Assembly (NCBI GenBank): GCA_964531785.1
Contig: CAZHFF010000001.1
Span: 84,338 to 148,337, forward strand
DNA length: 64,000 bases
Direction: 5' to 3'
Origin: an uncultured Candidatus Saccharibacteria bacterium
Lineage (GTDB): Bacteria; Patescibacteriota; Minisyncoccia; Phycocordibacterales; UBA12088
The position numbers and the translations under genes are program-made. Shown here piece after piece: positions 20,149-29,025 of this stretch. The stretch's first letter is position 1. Each line of letters begins with the position of its first letter. The notes beneath the pieces were generated by a model. The model worked only from the letters and a program-made list of their open reading frames with translations. It was not told the origin of the DNA and made no database searches.

Positions 20149-21357
20149 ATGAGGATCCAAGACATTGCAAAGCTCTCGACGCGTATGTTCAAGACGAACC
20201 CTGCGCGTACCTGGCTTACGATCCTCGGCATGGGCGTCGGTACCGGAGCGGTCGTGACGCTCGTGGGCTTGGGTTTCGGCCTTCAGAACATCATCCTCGA
20301 GCAGATCGTCTTCGGTGAGACGCTCCTGTCGCTCAATGTGACACCTCCGCCGTCCCGTTCCGTCGACCTGAACCCGCAAACGGTACAAGAATTCTTTGAG
20401 ATCGAACGGGTGAACGATGTGGCTCCGATGGCAAGCTTTGCAGCGCTCATCACCTACGAGGGACTGACGGGCAATACCTTTCTCCAGGGGGCAAACCCGG
20501 CGTTTTTGCGGTTCACAGGCGCAAAAGAGGTGGCGGGGAGGCTCTTTGACGACAAGACCCTTGCCGAGGATACAGGGAGCGTGCTCCTCTCGAGCGCCAT
20601 GCTCAAGCTCTTCGAGGTGGAAGACCCCGAGGAGGCTATTGGGAAGCAGGTCTCGTTCAGGGTCTTTGTGCCGGTCGCGGGGACGAACGACACAAAGGAA
20701 GCAGAGCTGCGTAAGCGCTACACTATCGTTGGTGTTACGAACGAGGAGAGTCGACCTACCGCGATGGTGCTCCTTGATGAACTCTCGACCCAGCTCCAGG
20801 TTTCGAGCTATGAGCGTGTCCAGGTGCGTGTCGAAGCAAGCGAGTACCTCGACCAGGTCTCAGAAGCCATCGTCGAGCGTGGGTATGGTGTGACCGCACT
20901 CTCGAAGACCGTTGAACAGGCGAACAAGATCTTCCAGGGCATCCAGGCGGTGCTGGCGGTCTTTGGTGGTATCGCACTCGTCGTTTCTGCGATAGGTATG
21001 TTCAACACTATGACCGTCACCCTCCTCGAACGTACGGGAGAGATCGGTATCATGCGTACCCTCGGCGCATCATCGAACGATATTCAGATATTGTTCGTTT
21101 CCGAGGCCGTGATCGTGGGTTTTTTGGGAGGCATCGTCGGCATTTCGATCGGAGTCGGTATCGGTTTTGCGCTCAATACGATGGTCAATGTGGCAGCATC
21201 CAATTTCGGCGGTAAGGCGGTAGCGCTGTTCGCCTACCCGATCCCGTTCATCCTGTTCATCGCCGCGTTCTCAGCAATAGTCGGGTTTCTCACGGGAGTG
21301 TTCCCGGCACGGCGCGCGGCAGGGCTCAATCCGCTCGATGCTATCAGGTACAAGTAA
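20149..21357 (+). CDS. ABC transporter permease (MacB periplasmic core plus FtsX domain)
   Basis: RTWLTILGMGVG, large extracytoplasmic loop, GMFNTM...ERTGEIGIMRTLGAS, FPARRAAGLNPLDAIRY. Confidence 0.93.
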   Translation: MRIQDIAKLSTRMFKTNPARTWLTILGMGVGTGAVVTLVGLGFGLQNIILEQIVFGETLLSLNVTPPPSRSVDLNPQTVQEFFEIERVNDVAPMASFAALITYEGLTGNTFLQGANPAFLRFTGAKEVAGRLFDDKTLAEDTGSVLLSSAMLKLFEVEDPEEAIGKQVSFRVFVPVAGTNDTKEAELRKRYTIVGVTNEESRPTAMVLLDELSTQLQVSSYERVQVRVEASEYLDQVSEAIVERGYGVTALSKTVEQANKIFQGIQAVLAVFGGIALVVSAIGMFNTMTVTLLERTGEIGIMRTLGASSNDIQILFVSEAVIVGFLGGIVGISIGVGIGFALNTMVNVAASNFGGKAVALFAYPIPFILFIAAFSAIVGFLTGVFPARRAAGLNPLDAIRYK

Positions 21358-21360
21358 CGT

Positions 21361-21540
21361 GGTGAAAAGTCAGAACGTAAAGAGCAACGTCAAAAGTGCA
21401 GGTCAATATTCACTAGAACCGCGCACCAACCGCTCGACGGTTCCAAGAGCATAACGGTGACGCGCAATCGTCTCCTCTCATCCTTCACCTCGCACTGCTG
21501 CACGTTGCCTCTTGACCTATGCATGTCTTCTGATTATTTC
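21361..21540. repeat. Degenerate heptamer-periodic inverted-repeat element, copy 4
   Basis: GAAAAGTCAGAACGTAAAGAGCAACGTCAAAAGTGCAGGTCAATA with a weak complementary arm (TGCACGTTGCCTCTTGACCT...). Confidence 0.5.
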
Positions 21541-21686
21541 GCAATACCCACGTGCCCCGCCCACGCCCTTTGATGCAGGATACCGTGCCCTGCTGCCTGC
21601 CAGCACGTTATCCACACATACTAGGTGAGTTTCCCCCCTTGTTTTCCACTTTACGGTATACTTTCATAAAGCCCCGTACGGAGCGT

Positions 21687-23567
21687 ATGCAGCACCACAA
21701 CGCGATAGCAACTGATGCAGGAAAAGCGAGCATCGCGATGCTCGTTTCGTTCTGTGCGGTTCTCGTGCTTGCCGTACTCTTCGGTGTGGGAGACCGTGGC
21801 GCGGTGTCGAACGTTCAGGCGACCACGACCGCGACCACGACCGTTACCGTCCTGAACCAGCCTCCGCAGTGGACCGAGACCGCCCGTGAGTACTACCCCT
21901 CCTCGACCTCGACCCCGACCAATTCCGGCACCTCGACGGTCTGGACCGCAATAGGTACCGATAGCAACAGCGAGAACTACTACCTCCTGATCTGTAAATC
22001 GAGTTCGACCCCTACCGCGCAGTCGCTTGCCGCTCCCGCTTGCGGCGGCGGCACGACCGACCTGTGGGGCGTATCGACCTCGACCATAAGCGGGCAACGC
22101 GCGTTCGTCAGTACGACGACCACGAATGATTGGGCAGAGAAGAACGATTGGTACGCGTACATCTGCGACTACAATGAGGGCAGTCCGCGCTGTAATGCAG
22201 CCATGTACAACGGCCTGCATGAACCGGGCGAAGCGTCGGCAACGAGCTCGCCATTCATGGTGAACCGGCGCCCGATCCTCACCTCCGCCACCGACGATTC
22301 ACCGACCTTGCCGGGCGCTACGACGACGTGGAACGCGGTAGCAGACGACCCTGACAGTGTTGGAGGTGATGACACCATCAAGCTCCATGTCTGCAAGGCT
22401 CAAGATTTCAACGTGACGCTCGGAGTTTGTGGAGGCGGCGGCTTCTGGGCAAGTTCGACGTTCGTTACCTCGAACCCGAGCGCAGAGGGGTATATCACCA
22501 TACCAATGCAGGACACCAATTATGGAGCGTACGTCTACCTCATTGACGAACATGGTCATGTGTCGGATAGCCTTTGGCACGGGTCGAGTACGGTCTTGAC
22601 CGTGGCGAACGCAGCCCCGTACGTTTCATCGTCGAGCATACAGCTCTACAATACGTTCGGCACCACGACTACGAACCAGAACCTAACGTTGACGGTACCT
22701 GAAGGGGTGACTAACAATTTTGTGCTTCAGTTCGAGGTGAACGACGATAATAGCTGCGAGGCGTTCGGAGGCGGTAACGAGATCACCGCGACACAGATCA
22801 ACGTCTTCAGGTCCGCAGTGGGAGGGGCGCTCGGTGCCGGCTGCGACGCTTCGGGTGAGTTCAATGCGAACAACTGCTATACCCACACTACTAATGCAAC
22901 GAACTGGGCGCCGACCTGCTACCAGGTGCCGGGCTCATGCGCTGGCCCGGCGGATAGCACTGCGGTATGGGAGTGTACGTTCCCGCTCTGGTACGTGGCC
23001 GACGCGACGGATGTTGGTAGCGAGTATGCAGGTGAGGATTGGCGGGGTTCTGCGCGCGCGATCGACGAAGCGTTGACCGGTCCGTATTCGACTTATGATG
23101 GTGGTATCGATGTTGCGGGGTCTGCGAATGTGCAGCAGTTCCTCTCGTTCCGCGCCACGGGGTCGCCCATCGCGTATGGCGCGTGGGAGCCAGGGGAGAA
23201 CACGGGTACCCTGAGCGCGTCGACCACGCTGTATGTGACGGGAAACACGGGTGTTGATGAGGCACTCTCGGGGGACCCTATGTGTATCAACTACCCGACC
23301 TGCTCGAACCTTGCAACTTCGACGATCTTTGTCGGGTACCAGCGATATGCGTCAACGAGCGTCGCGTATGGTTCGGGTATCGAGCTATCGACGAGCACCC
23401 TTGCAACGCGTTTCAACCTGCGTATCCCTAAAACGACCGCTACCTCAAGCCCAACGAATGCAAAGACCTACTGGGGTATAGCGGTGCCTTCGAGCATCAC
23501 CGTCGCGGGCGACTACATAGGCAGGAACTACATCGACGCGCTCGTTTCGCCCTCGGCTGAGTGGTAG
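21687..23567 (+). CDS. Secreted multi-Ig-domain protein, candidate fibre/pilin subunit with WxL-like C-terminal domain
   Basis: Long signal/anchor; domains separated by (T/M)V-x(0,1)-N-x-x-P motifs; several Cys pairs; the C-terminal ~320 aa align by eye with the end of the giant protein (NNCY, Y.A..TD.GS...GE.W, I.YG, TGN.G.D, YWG...PS). Confidence 0.8.
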   Translation: MQHHNAIATDAGKASIAMLVSFCAVLVLAVLFGVGDRGAVSNVQATTTATTTVTVLNQPPQWTETAREYYPSSTSTPTNSGTSTVWTAIGTDSNSENYYLLICKSSSTPTAQSLAAPACGGGTTDLWGVSTSTISGQRAFVSTTTTNDWAEKNDWYAYICDYNEGSPRCNAAMYNGLHEPGEASATSSPFMVNRRPILTSATDDSPTLPGATTTWNAVADDPDSVGGDDTIKLHVCKAQDFNVTLGVCGGGGFWASSTFVTSNPSAEGYITIPMQDTNYGAYVYLIDEHGHVSDSLWHGSSTVLTVANAAPYVSSSSIQLYNTFGTTTTNQNLTLTVPEGVTNNFVLQFEVNDDNSCEAFGGGNEITATQINVFRSAVGGALGAGCDASGEFNANNCYTHTTNATNWAPTCYQVPGSCAGPADSTAVWECTFPLWYVADATDVGSEYAGEDWRGSARAIDEALTGPYSTYDGGIDVAGSANVQQFLSFRATGSPIAYGAWEPGENTGTLSASTTLYVTGNTGVDEALSGDPMCINYPTCSNLATSTIFVGYQRYASTSVAYGSGIELSTSTLATRFNLRIPKTTATSSPTNAKTYWGIAVPSSITVAGDYIGRNYIDALVSPSAEW

Positions 23568-23784
23568 GGGGTGTTGTGATCGAATCGTGCTGCTTTGGTG
23601 CATGGTAGCGGGAGGTAGAGCGGGCAACCGCTTTTTCTTTTGCATAAATCTCCGTGACAGAGGTGAGGTTGCTGCCCACAAGTTGTCTACAGGCGCAAGG
23701 TAGGCGTGGTGTTGTTTTAGGGCTACAATCAAGGAACGAAGCCTTGGCTTCGGTTGGCGTATCGATAAGGTACAATATCACATA

Positions 23785-24831
23785 ATGAGCCGGCTCACGT
23801 TCCTGGCTGCGCTGTTCGTAGTGGCGTTCGTAGGCGCTGAGTGTGCATACGCAGGTTTTGGTATCACGCCGCCCTACGTGCGGAACGATCGTCTGACCCA
23901 GGGGTCTCAGTACACCCAGGAGATCATCATCGTACGCGGTGATCCGGTCGACGACCTCAAGGCGGAGATCGCAGTCAACGTTCCCGGTATCGAAGGCTGG
24001 ATCTCGATAGACCGGGGGAACGAGTTTTTGCTTCCCGCAGGCGTGAAGCAGATTCCCATCCAGGTCACCATACGCGTGCCACAATCCGCGGCATACGAGC
24101 GTCATCAGGGGAATATTCGGATCCGGACCACGTCACCTGACCCGGCTTCCGGTGTGTCGATCGCGCTTGGTGCGCAGATCGACGTCGACATACGTGTGGT
24201 CGATGAGATCCGTGATTTCGAGGTCAAACGGGTACAGATCAGCGAGACCGAGGAGCCCCGCCGCTTCTGGTGGCTCGAGTATCCCGGCAAGATCACGTTC
24301 ACCATGGGTATCGAGAATACGGGAAATGCGCCCACCGCGCCTGCCCGGGTACAGTTCGACATCTACGACAAGCGCGGGAACGTCGTGCTCGAGAGCACCC
24401 AGAACACGAACAGCATCGAGTCCGTGCTGCCGTTCGAGACCCGTGATGTGGTGGCATACCTGCCGACCCGACTTCCCCCAGGAGCATACCTGGTGAAGTA
24501 CTCCGTGTTCCGTTTTGAGGATGAGGTCAAGCGTTCGGGCGAACTCACGTTGTCGGTATTGCCGCAGGGTACCCTGTCAGCCTATGCCGGGTACGGGCTC
24601 GATGGCTTGTCGCTCAAGGACAAGCTCACGCTGATCATACCGGTGGGGCTTCTCGTATTCTTGCTCCTGGTAACGGTCCTTGTTTTGAATCTCCGGAGAC
24701 ACCGAAAGCGCAGGCAACCGGCGCGTAGACGGCAGCAGGTTGATGATGACCCCCCACCTCCCGCTCATCCGCGCCCTCGTGCGGCCACATCGGGCCACGG
24801 CGTTGTCGACCTCTCGAGAAGGAACCGTTAG
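23785..24831 (+). CDS. DUF916/DUF3324-like (WxL-interacting-protein-like) membrane-anchored two-Ig protein
   Basis: Signal peptide; FGITPP...WISI...LLPAG...VTIRVP...G.I; second domain with ENTGN and VLPFETR...PPGAY; C-terminal TM plus basic tail. This matches the WxLIP architecture as I recall it. Confidence 0.6.
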   Translation: MSRLTFLAALFVVAFVGAECAYAGFGITPPYVRNDRLTQGSQYTQEIIIVRGDPVDDLKAEIAVNVPGIEGWISIDRGNEFLLPAGVKQIPIQVTIRVPQSAAYERHQGNIRIRTTSPDPASGVSIALGAQIDVDIRVVDEIRDFEVKRVQISETEEPRRFWWLEYPGKITFTMGIENTGNAPTAPARVQFDIYDKRGNVVLESTQNTNSIESVLPFETRDVVAYLPTRLPPGAYLVKYSVFRFEDEVKRSGELTLSVLPQGTLSAYAGYGLDGLSLKDKLTLIIPVGLLVFLLLVTVLVLNLRRHRKRRQPARRRQQVDDDPPPPAHPRPRAATSGHGVVDLSRRNR

Positions 24832-24834
24832 AGT

Positions 24835-26031
24835 ATGTGGGGCCGCTTCTCTCTGTGTGCACGTGAGGTATGCCTCTTGGCGGTGGTGCTTGGCGCACTG
24901 CTCGTGTCCCTTGCGTCGGGTGTGCCGCGCGACGTAGGAGCACAGGTGTATGTTGCAACGACCACCGTGTCGCTCACCGTTTGCGGTGACGGTGTCGTGA
25001 GCGGTGCGGAGTTCTGTGACGACGGCACGAATACCGGGGCGTACGCTGGCTCTATTGCTGGACGGAACTGCGACCCGCTCTGCCGATCCTACGGCCCCTA
25101 TTGTGGTGACAGCATTATCCAGGTGTTCTATGGCGAGGAGTGTGATGATGGGAATAACAGCTCAGGAGATCTGTGCAACAATATTTGCCAGAACGAGACA
25201 CCGCCGGTCACCGTGGGTGGCGGTGGAGGCGGTACGACGGGTGGCGGTGGCGGAAAGAGCAGCGGTACCGGTCAGACGGGGATACCGGGCGCCTCGACGC
25301 AAGGTAACATCGATTTCGTCGGGGAAACGACCGTGCTGGTACGCGGTATGGCGTACCCCGGCGCCACGGTGAGCATTCTGCGTGACGGTGAGCTCGAGCG
25401 CGTCGTCGAGGCGGATTCGAGCGGCATGTTCAACTATGCGCTCAGTGGCCAGACCGCAGGCATCACGACGTTCGGTTTTTGGGCGCTCGATCGAGCGAAC
25501 CGGAGCTCGATCACCTACTCGGCAACGTTCCAGATCGTTGAGAACGCCGCTACCACGCTCTCAGGCATTCTCATACCGCCGACGATCGCGGCAGTACCTG
25601 AAAAGGTACCACCCGGCAGTTCCGTGCAGTTCGAAGGCACCGCGGCCGCGAACAGCTCGGTCCGTGTGTTCGTGGATGCGGCCGATACCCCCGAGGAGAC
25701 CAAGGCAGCTCAATCCGGTGCATATGTCCTTGCGTATGATACGAAAGACCTCGCGGCAGAGCAGTTCCATACGGTGAAAGCCCACTATGTTGACGCGTCG
25801 AACAGCGAGCTTAAGAGCGGTTTCAGTGCACTGCTCAACTTCTACGTGGGCACGCGTGACGTAGCGTCGACCGTGACCGCCGACCTCAATGGCGACCGTG
25901 CGGTGAACCTGACCGATTTCTCGATACTGCTCTTCAATTGGAACTCGAACAACCCGGTGGCTGATATCAACAAGGATGGGGTCGTGTCGCTGCCGGACTT
26001 TTCCATTCTCCTCTTCTACTGGACCGGCTAG
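24835..26031 (+). CDS. Secreted protein: Myxococcales-type Cys-rich repeats (DUF4215-like), Gly linker, two Ig-like domains, C-terminal dockerin
   Basis: CGDGVVSGAEFCDDG and CGDSIIQVFYGEECDDGN repeats; duplicated Ca-binding loops ADLNGDRAVNLTDFSILL and ADINKDGVVSLPDFSILL. Confidence 0.85.
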   Translation: MWGRFSLCAREVCLLAVVLGALLVSLASGVPRDVGAQVYVATTTVSLTVCGDGVVSGAEFCDDGTNTGAYAGSIAGRNCDPLCRSYGPYCGDSIIQVFYGEECDDGNNSSGDLCNNICQNETPPVTVGGGGGGTTGGGGGKSSGTGQTGIPGASTQGNIDFVGETTVLVRGMAYPGATVSILRDGELERVVEADSSGMFNYALSGQTAGITTFGFWALDRANRSSITYSATFQIVENAATTLSGILIPPTIAAVPEKVPPGSSVQFEGTAAANSSVRVFVDAADTPEETKAAQSGAYVLAYDTKDLAAEQFHTVKAHYVDASNSELKSGFSALLNFYVGTRDVASTVTADLNGDRAVNLTDFSILLFNWNSNNPVADINKDGVVSLPDFSILLFYWTG

Positions 26032-26123
26032 CCGCTATGGTGAGGAAACACCCTTGCCCGAGTACCAGCGCTGTCCACCGCGCCAGTATCTTCTTGCTTG
26101 CTGGCTTGGGGTATACTGTATGC

Positions 26124-27170
26124 ATGCGTGCGCTCAGAGCACCTCTGTTTCTGCTACTTGCCGTGTATATGCTGCCGTTTCCGGTACAAGCGGCGCGGGT
26201 GTACCTTGACCCTGGTGCGACCGAACAAGGCAGGCTCGATACGTGGTACCTTCCGGTACGGATCGACACCGAAGGAGCCTGTATCAATGCGGTCACGGTG
26301 AAGGTGAACTATGACCCTGCGCTCGTGAGCGTGATCGATACCTCGCGTGGCAACTCGATCATACCGCTCTGGGTAGATCACCCGAGCGTCGCCCGTGAAG
26401 AAGCGGACCAAGAGGTCGGCGTCGTTTCTTTCACCGGGGGTATTCCTGGCGGCTATTGTGGCCGTGTCCTCGGTGATCCGGGCCAGACCAATACGCTTCT
26501 CACGCTTGTGGTGACAGGCGCGTCGGGCGGGCGGCCGCTCGAAGTCCCGGTCAAGACGCTCTTTACGCTCGATCCGACCACGACCGCATACCTGCACGAT
26601 GGGACCGGCATGGCAGCTGCCATGACGCTCCTCGGGACCGAGGTCACGCTCTATGAGGGCACCAGCACTCCGGCGAACGTCTGGCTCGATGAGGTGCGGA
26701 GCGATACGATCGCGCCTGAGCTGTTCGACATCACCCTCGTACGCGGTCCTTCTGAGGGAAATGTTCGCCACTACATCGTCTTCTCGACGACCGATAAGCA
26801 GAGCGGGATCGATCACTATGAGGTCCGTGAGACCGATCCGCTGCGTTTTGGCTTCCTGACGCTCTTTCCGGACAAGAGCAGCTATTGGATCGAGGCATCA
26901 AGCCCCTACATTCTGCGCGACCAGACACTGCGATCGAAGATCCTGGTCAAAGCCGTCGACAAGAACGGCAATGAGCGGATCGTGACGCTCATGCCAGAAC
27001 TCGATCCACTGGAGCGCGTGCTCCACCCGACCATACTCGCCCTCCTTGCGGTGATCATCGGAGTCCTGGCGTTGATCATCGTCCTGTATACGCGAAGGCG
27101 ACGCACGACGAAACGTCCCGAAACCTTAGGCGGCGAACCCCATGACCATGAAACACAAGATCGTCCTTAG
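26124..27170 (+). CDS. Membrane-anchored cohesin-domain protein
   Basis: Signal peptide; cohesin-like VRIDTEGACINAVTVKVNYDP...SIIPLW...GVVSFTGGIPGG...LLTLV; Ig-like domain with DKQSGIDHYEV...AVDKNGN; C-terminal TM. Confidence 0.75.
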   Translation: MRALRAPLFLLLAVYMLPFPVQAARVYLDPGATEQGRLDTWYLPVRIDTEGACINAVTVKVNYDPALVSVIDTSRGNSIIPLWVDHPSVAREEADQEVGVVSFTGGIPGGYCGRVLGDPGQTNTLLTLVVTGASGGRPLEVPVKTLFTLDPTTTAYLHDGTGMAAAMTLLGTEVTLYEGTSTPANVWLDEVRSDTIAPELFDITLVRGPSEGNVRHYIVFSTTDKQSGIDHYEVRETDPLRFGFLTLFPDKSSYWIEASSPYILRDQTLRSKILVKAVDKNGNERIVTLMPELDPLERVLHPTILALLAVIIGVLALIIVLYTRRRRTTKRPETLGGEPHDHETQDRP

Positions 27171-28980
27171 TTTCTTGTTCGCGCTTGGTGCGGTCGCGAA
27201 TGCGCCTCATGCAGCGCAGGCAGCGCAGGACGCGGGGCTCTACCTCACGCCGGCGACCGCCGTATTCCCGGTGGGCGAGCCTTTTACGGTCGAGGTTCGT
27301 ATCAGGAATACCGGTGGATCGATAGGTACGGCGGACGCTACGGTGGGATATGAGCCGTCGGATCTCGAGTTCGTTTCGTTCTCGTCGGACGGCTCGATCT
27401 TTGCGTCTATCATCGTCCCCGAAACGAACGAACGAGGTCGGGTCAAGGTCCAGGGCGTGGTCTCGCACGGGAGGTCTTGGAGCGGAGAAGACGGCCTGTT
27501 CGCGACCTTGACGTTCCGTCCGCTGCGGAGCACAGCGACCGAGCTGCGTTTTATGCAGGGTGCCGCGACACCGCTCATGGCGGCGGTCGGCGCATCGAAT
27601 GTCCTGTCACGGCTGGGAGCTGCGACCTACACGCTCGTGCCGAAGGAGATGGTACCTGCGCCAGCTGCGGTCATTGCGGCAACACCTGCTCAGGAGGGTT
27701 CGATCGAGATCACGCCACTTCCTTTGCCGGACGATGGCTGGTTCGGAACAACGTCCGTAAAACTCGCATGGTCCTTGCCTCAGTCGGTCACTGAGATGCG
27801 CACGATCCTCTCCGACAAGCCAGTCGACACGCCTTCAAAGCTGTACCCGGTCCCGGTCTCGTCGGTACTACTCGACGGTCTCGCTGAGGGGACCAACTAC
27901 TTCCATATGCAATGGAAACAGGAGGGGGTCTGGGGGCCCGTTACCCGCTATCCGATCAAGGTCGACCTGACGCCACCTGAACATGTGATCGTGACCGAAG
28001 CCGATCGAACCGACCCGACCGACCCGCGCGCAGCGTTCGTGATCGACAGTGCGGACCTGCTCTCTGGCATCAGTAGCTATTTGATCTCGATCGACAACGA
28101 TGAGCCCGAGGTCTGGGAAAAGAGCAAGGACGAGCTCTATCGTCCGCAGGGTCTTACACCGGGGAGTCACTTGATCACGGTCACTGCACGCGATCGCGCA
28201 GGGAACACGAAGACCGCAGAGCTCGAGTTCCTCGTGCGGTCGCTCGACCCACCTACCATGACCCGCTCTCCTGACCACGTCCTTGCCGGCAACCAGATCA
28301 CCATCGAGGGAACGACCTACCCGAACGCTGAGGTCACGACGTACATCAGTTTCAAGGATGGGGAAGCGACCGAAAAGAAGGTGCGGAGCGATGCGTCGGG
28401 CGCGTTCATCGTCACACTGACCGAGGAGGCACGTCCGGGCAAGTATACCATCTGGTTCTCCGTTGCTGATGAGCGCGGCGCGGTGAGCCCGCCCTCGATC
28501 AAACGGTCGGTCACGGTGACGCAGCCGTATATCATGCTGTTCGGGTCGACCGCGGTCACGTACATGTCGGTGATCGTGCCGCTCGTCGGCCTCATCCTGC
28601 TCCTTGGTTTGATCCTTTGGCTGCTCTACACCTATGTGCGCGGCTACCGAGCCCGCGTTCGGCGTGAGACCGACCAAGCGTACCGTGCGGTCCAAGACGA
28701 GTTCAGCAACCTCGAACAGGACATGGTCAAGCAGATCGGCGTGCTCGAGCAGGCGAACCATGCACGTAAGCTGACCCGCGAAGAGCTCCGCATCCTGACC
28801 GAGCTACGCGAGAAGCTGAACAAGATACAGGAGCACATCTCATCAGAGATCGATGATATCGAGCCGGTCGCACACGAACTCCGGGTACCACCAAAGCGAC
28901 AACGTGAAGAAAGCGCTCTCGCTCGAGTGCGCGAAACGCAGCCGTCGAAACGGACGATAACGATCGAACGAGTGAGGTAA
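27142..28980 (+). CDS. Membrane-anchored cohesin plus three Ig-like domains, with cytoplasmic coiled-coil tail
   Basis: LYLTPA...VGEPFTVEVRI...ATVGYEPSDLEF...DGSIF...SGEDGLFATLTFRP (cohesin pattern); DLTPP, DLLSGISSY and TARDRAGN Ig motifs; TM helix, then a ~110-aa charged helical tail. Confidence 0.8.
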   Translation: MTMKHKIVLSFLFALGAVANAPHAAQAAQDAGLYLTPATAVFPVGEPFTVEVRIRNTGGSIGTADATVGYEPSDLEFVSFSSDGSIFASIIVPETNERGRVKVQGVVSHGRSWSGEDGLFATLTFRPLRSTATELRFMQGAATPLMAAVGASNVLSRLGAATYTLVPKEMVPAPAAVIAATPAQEGSIEITPLPLPDDGWFGTTSVKLAWSLPQSVTEMRTILSDKPVDTPSKLYPVPVSSVLLDGLAEGTNYFHMQWKQEGVWGPVTRYPIKVDLTPPEHVIVTEADRTDPTDPRAAFVIDSADLLSGISSYLISIDNDEPEVWEKSKDELYRPQGLTPGSHLITVTARDRAGNTKTAELEFLVRSLDPPTMTRSPDHVLAGNQITIEGTTYPNAEVTTYISFKDGEATEKKVRSDASGAFIVTLTEEARPGKYTIWFSVADERGAVSPPSIKRSVTVTQPYIMLFGSTAVTYMSVIVPLVGLILLLGLILWLLYTYVRGYRARVRRETDQAYRAVQDEFSNLEQDMVKQIGVLEQANHARKLTREELRILTELREKLNKIQEHISSEIDDIEPVAHELRVPPKRQREESALARVRETQPSKRTITIERVR

Positions 28981-29025
28981 ACGGTAGACCCGGCGCCCTA
29001 TTGTGTTGCTTGCGTCAATCGGGCC

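Noticed and set aside
14659-21540. AT-rich repeats as a possible CRISPR array
   Set aside because: The copies are degenerate, inverted and kilobases apart, with no constant repeat-spacer period and no cas genes.
21545-21660. Replication origin
   Set aside because: Only one perfect DnaA box, no dnaA/dnaN nearby and no clear unwinding element.
21687-21790. Type IV prepilin (class III) signal peptide in 21687
   Set aside because: After the Gly the sequence is KASIA, lacking the hydrophobic +1 and Glu +5; it is better read as an ordinary signal or anchor.
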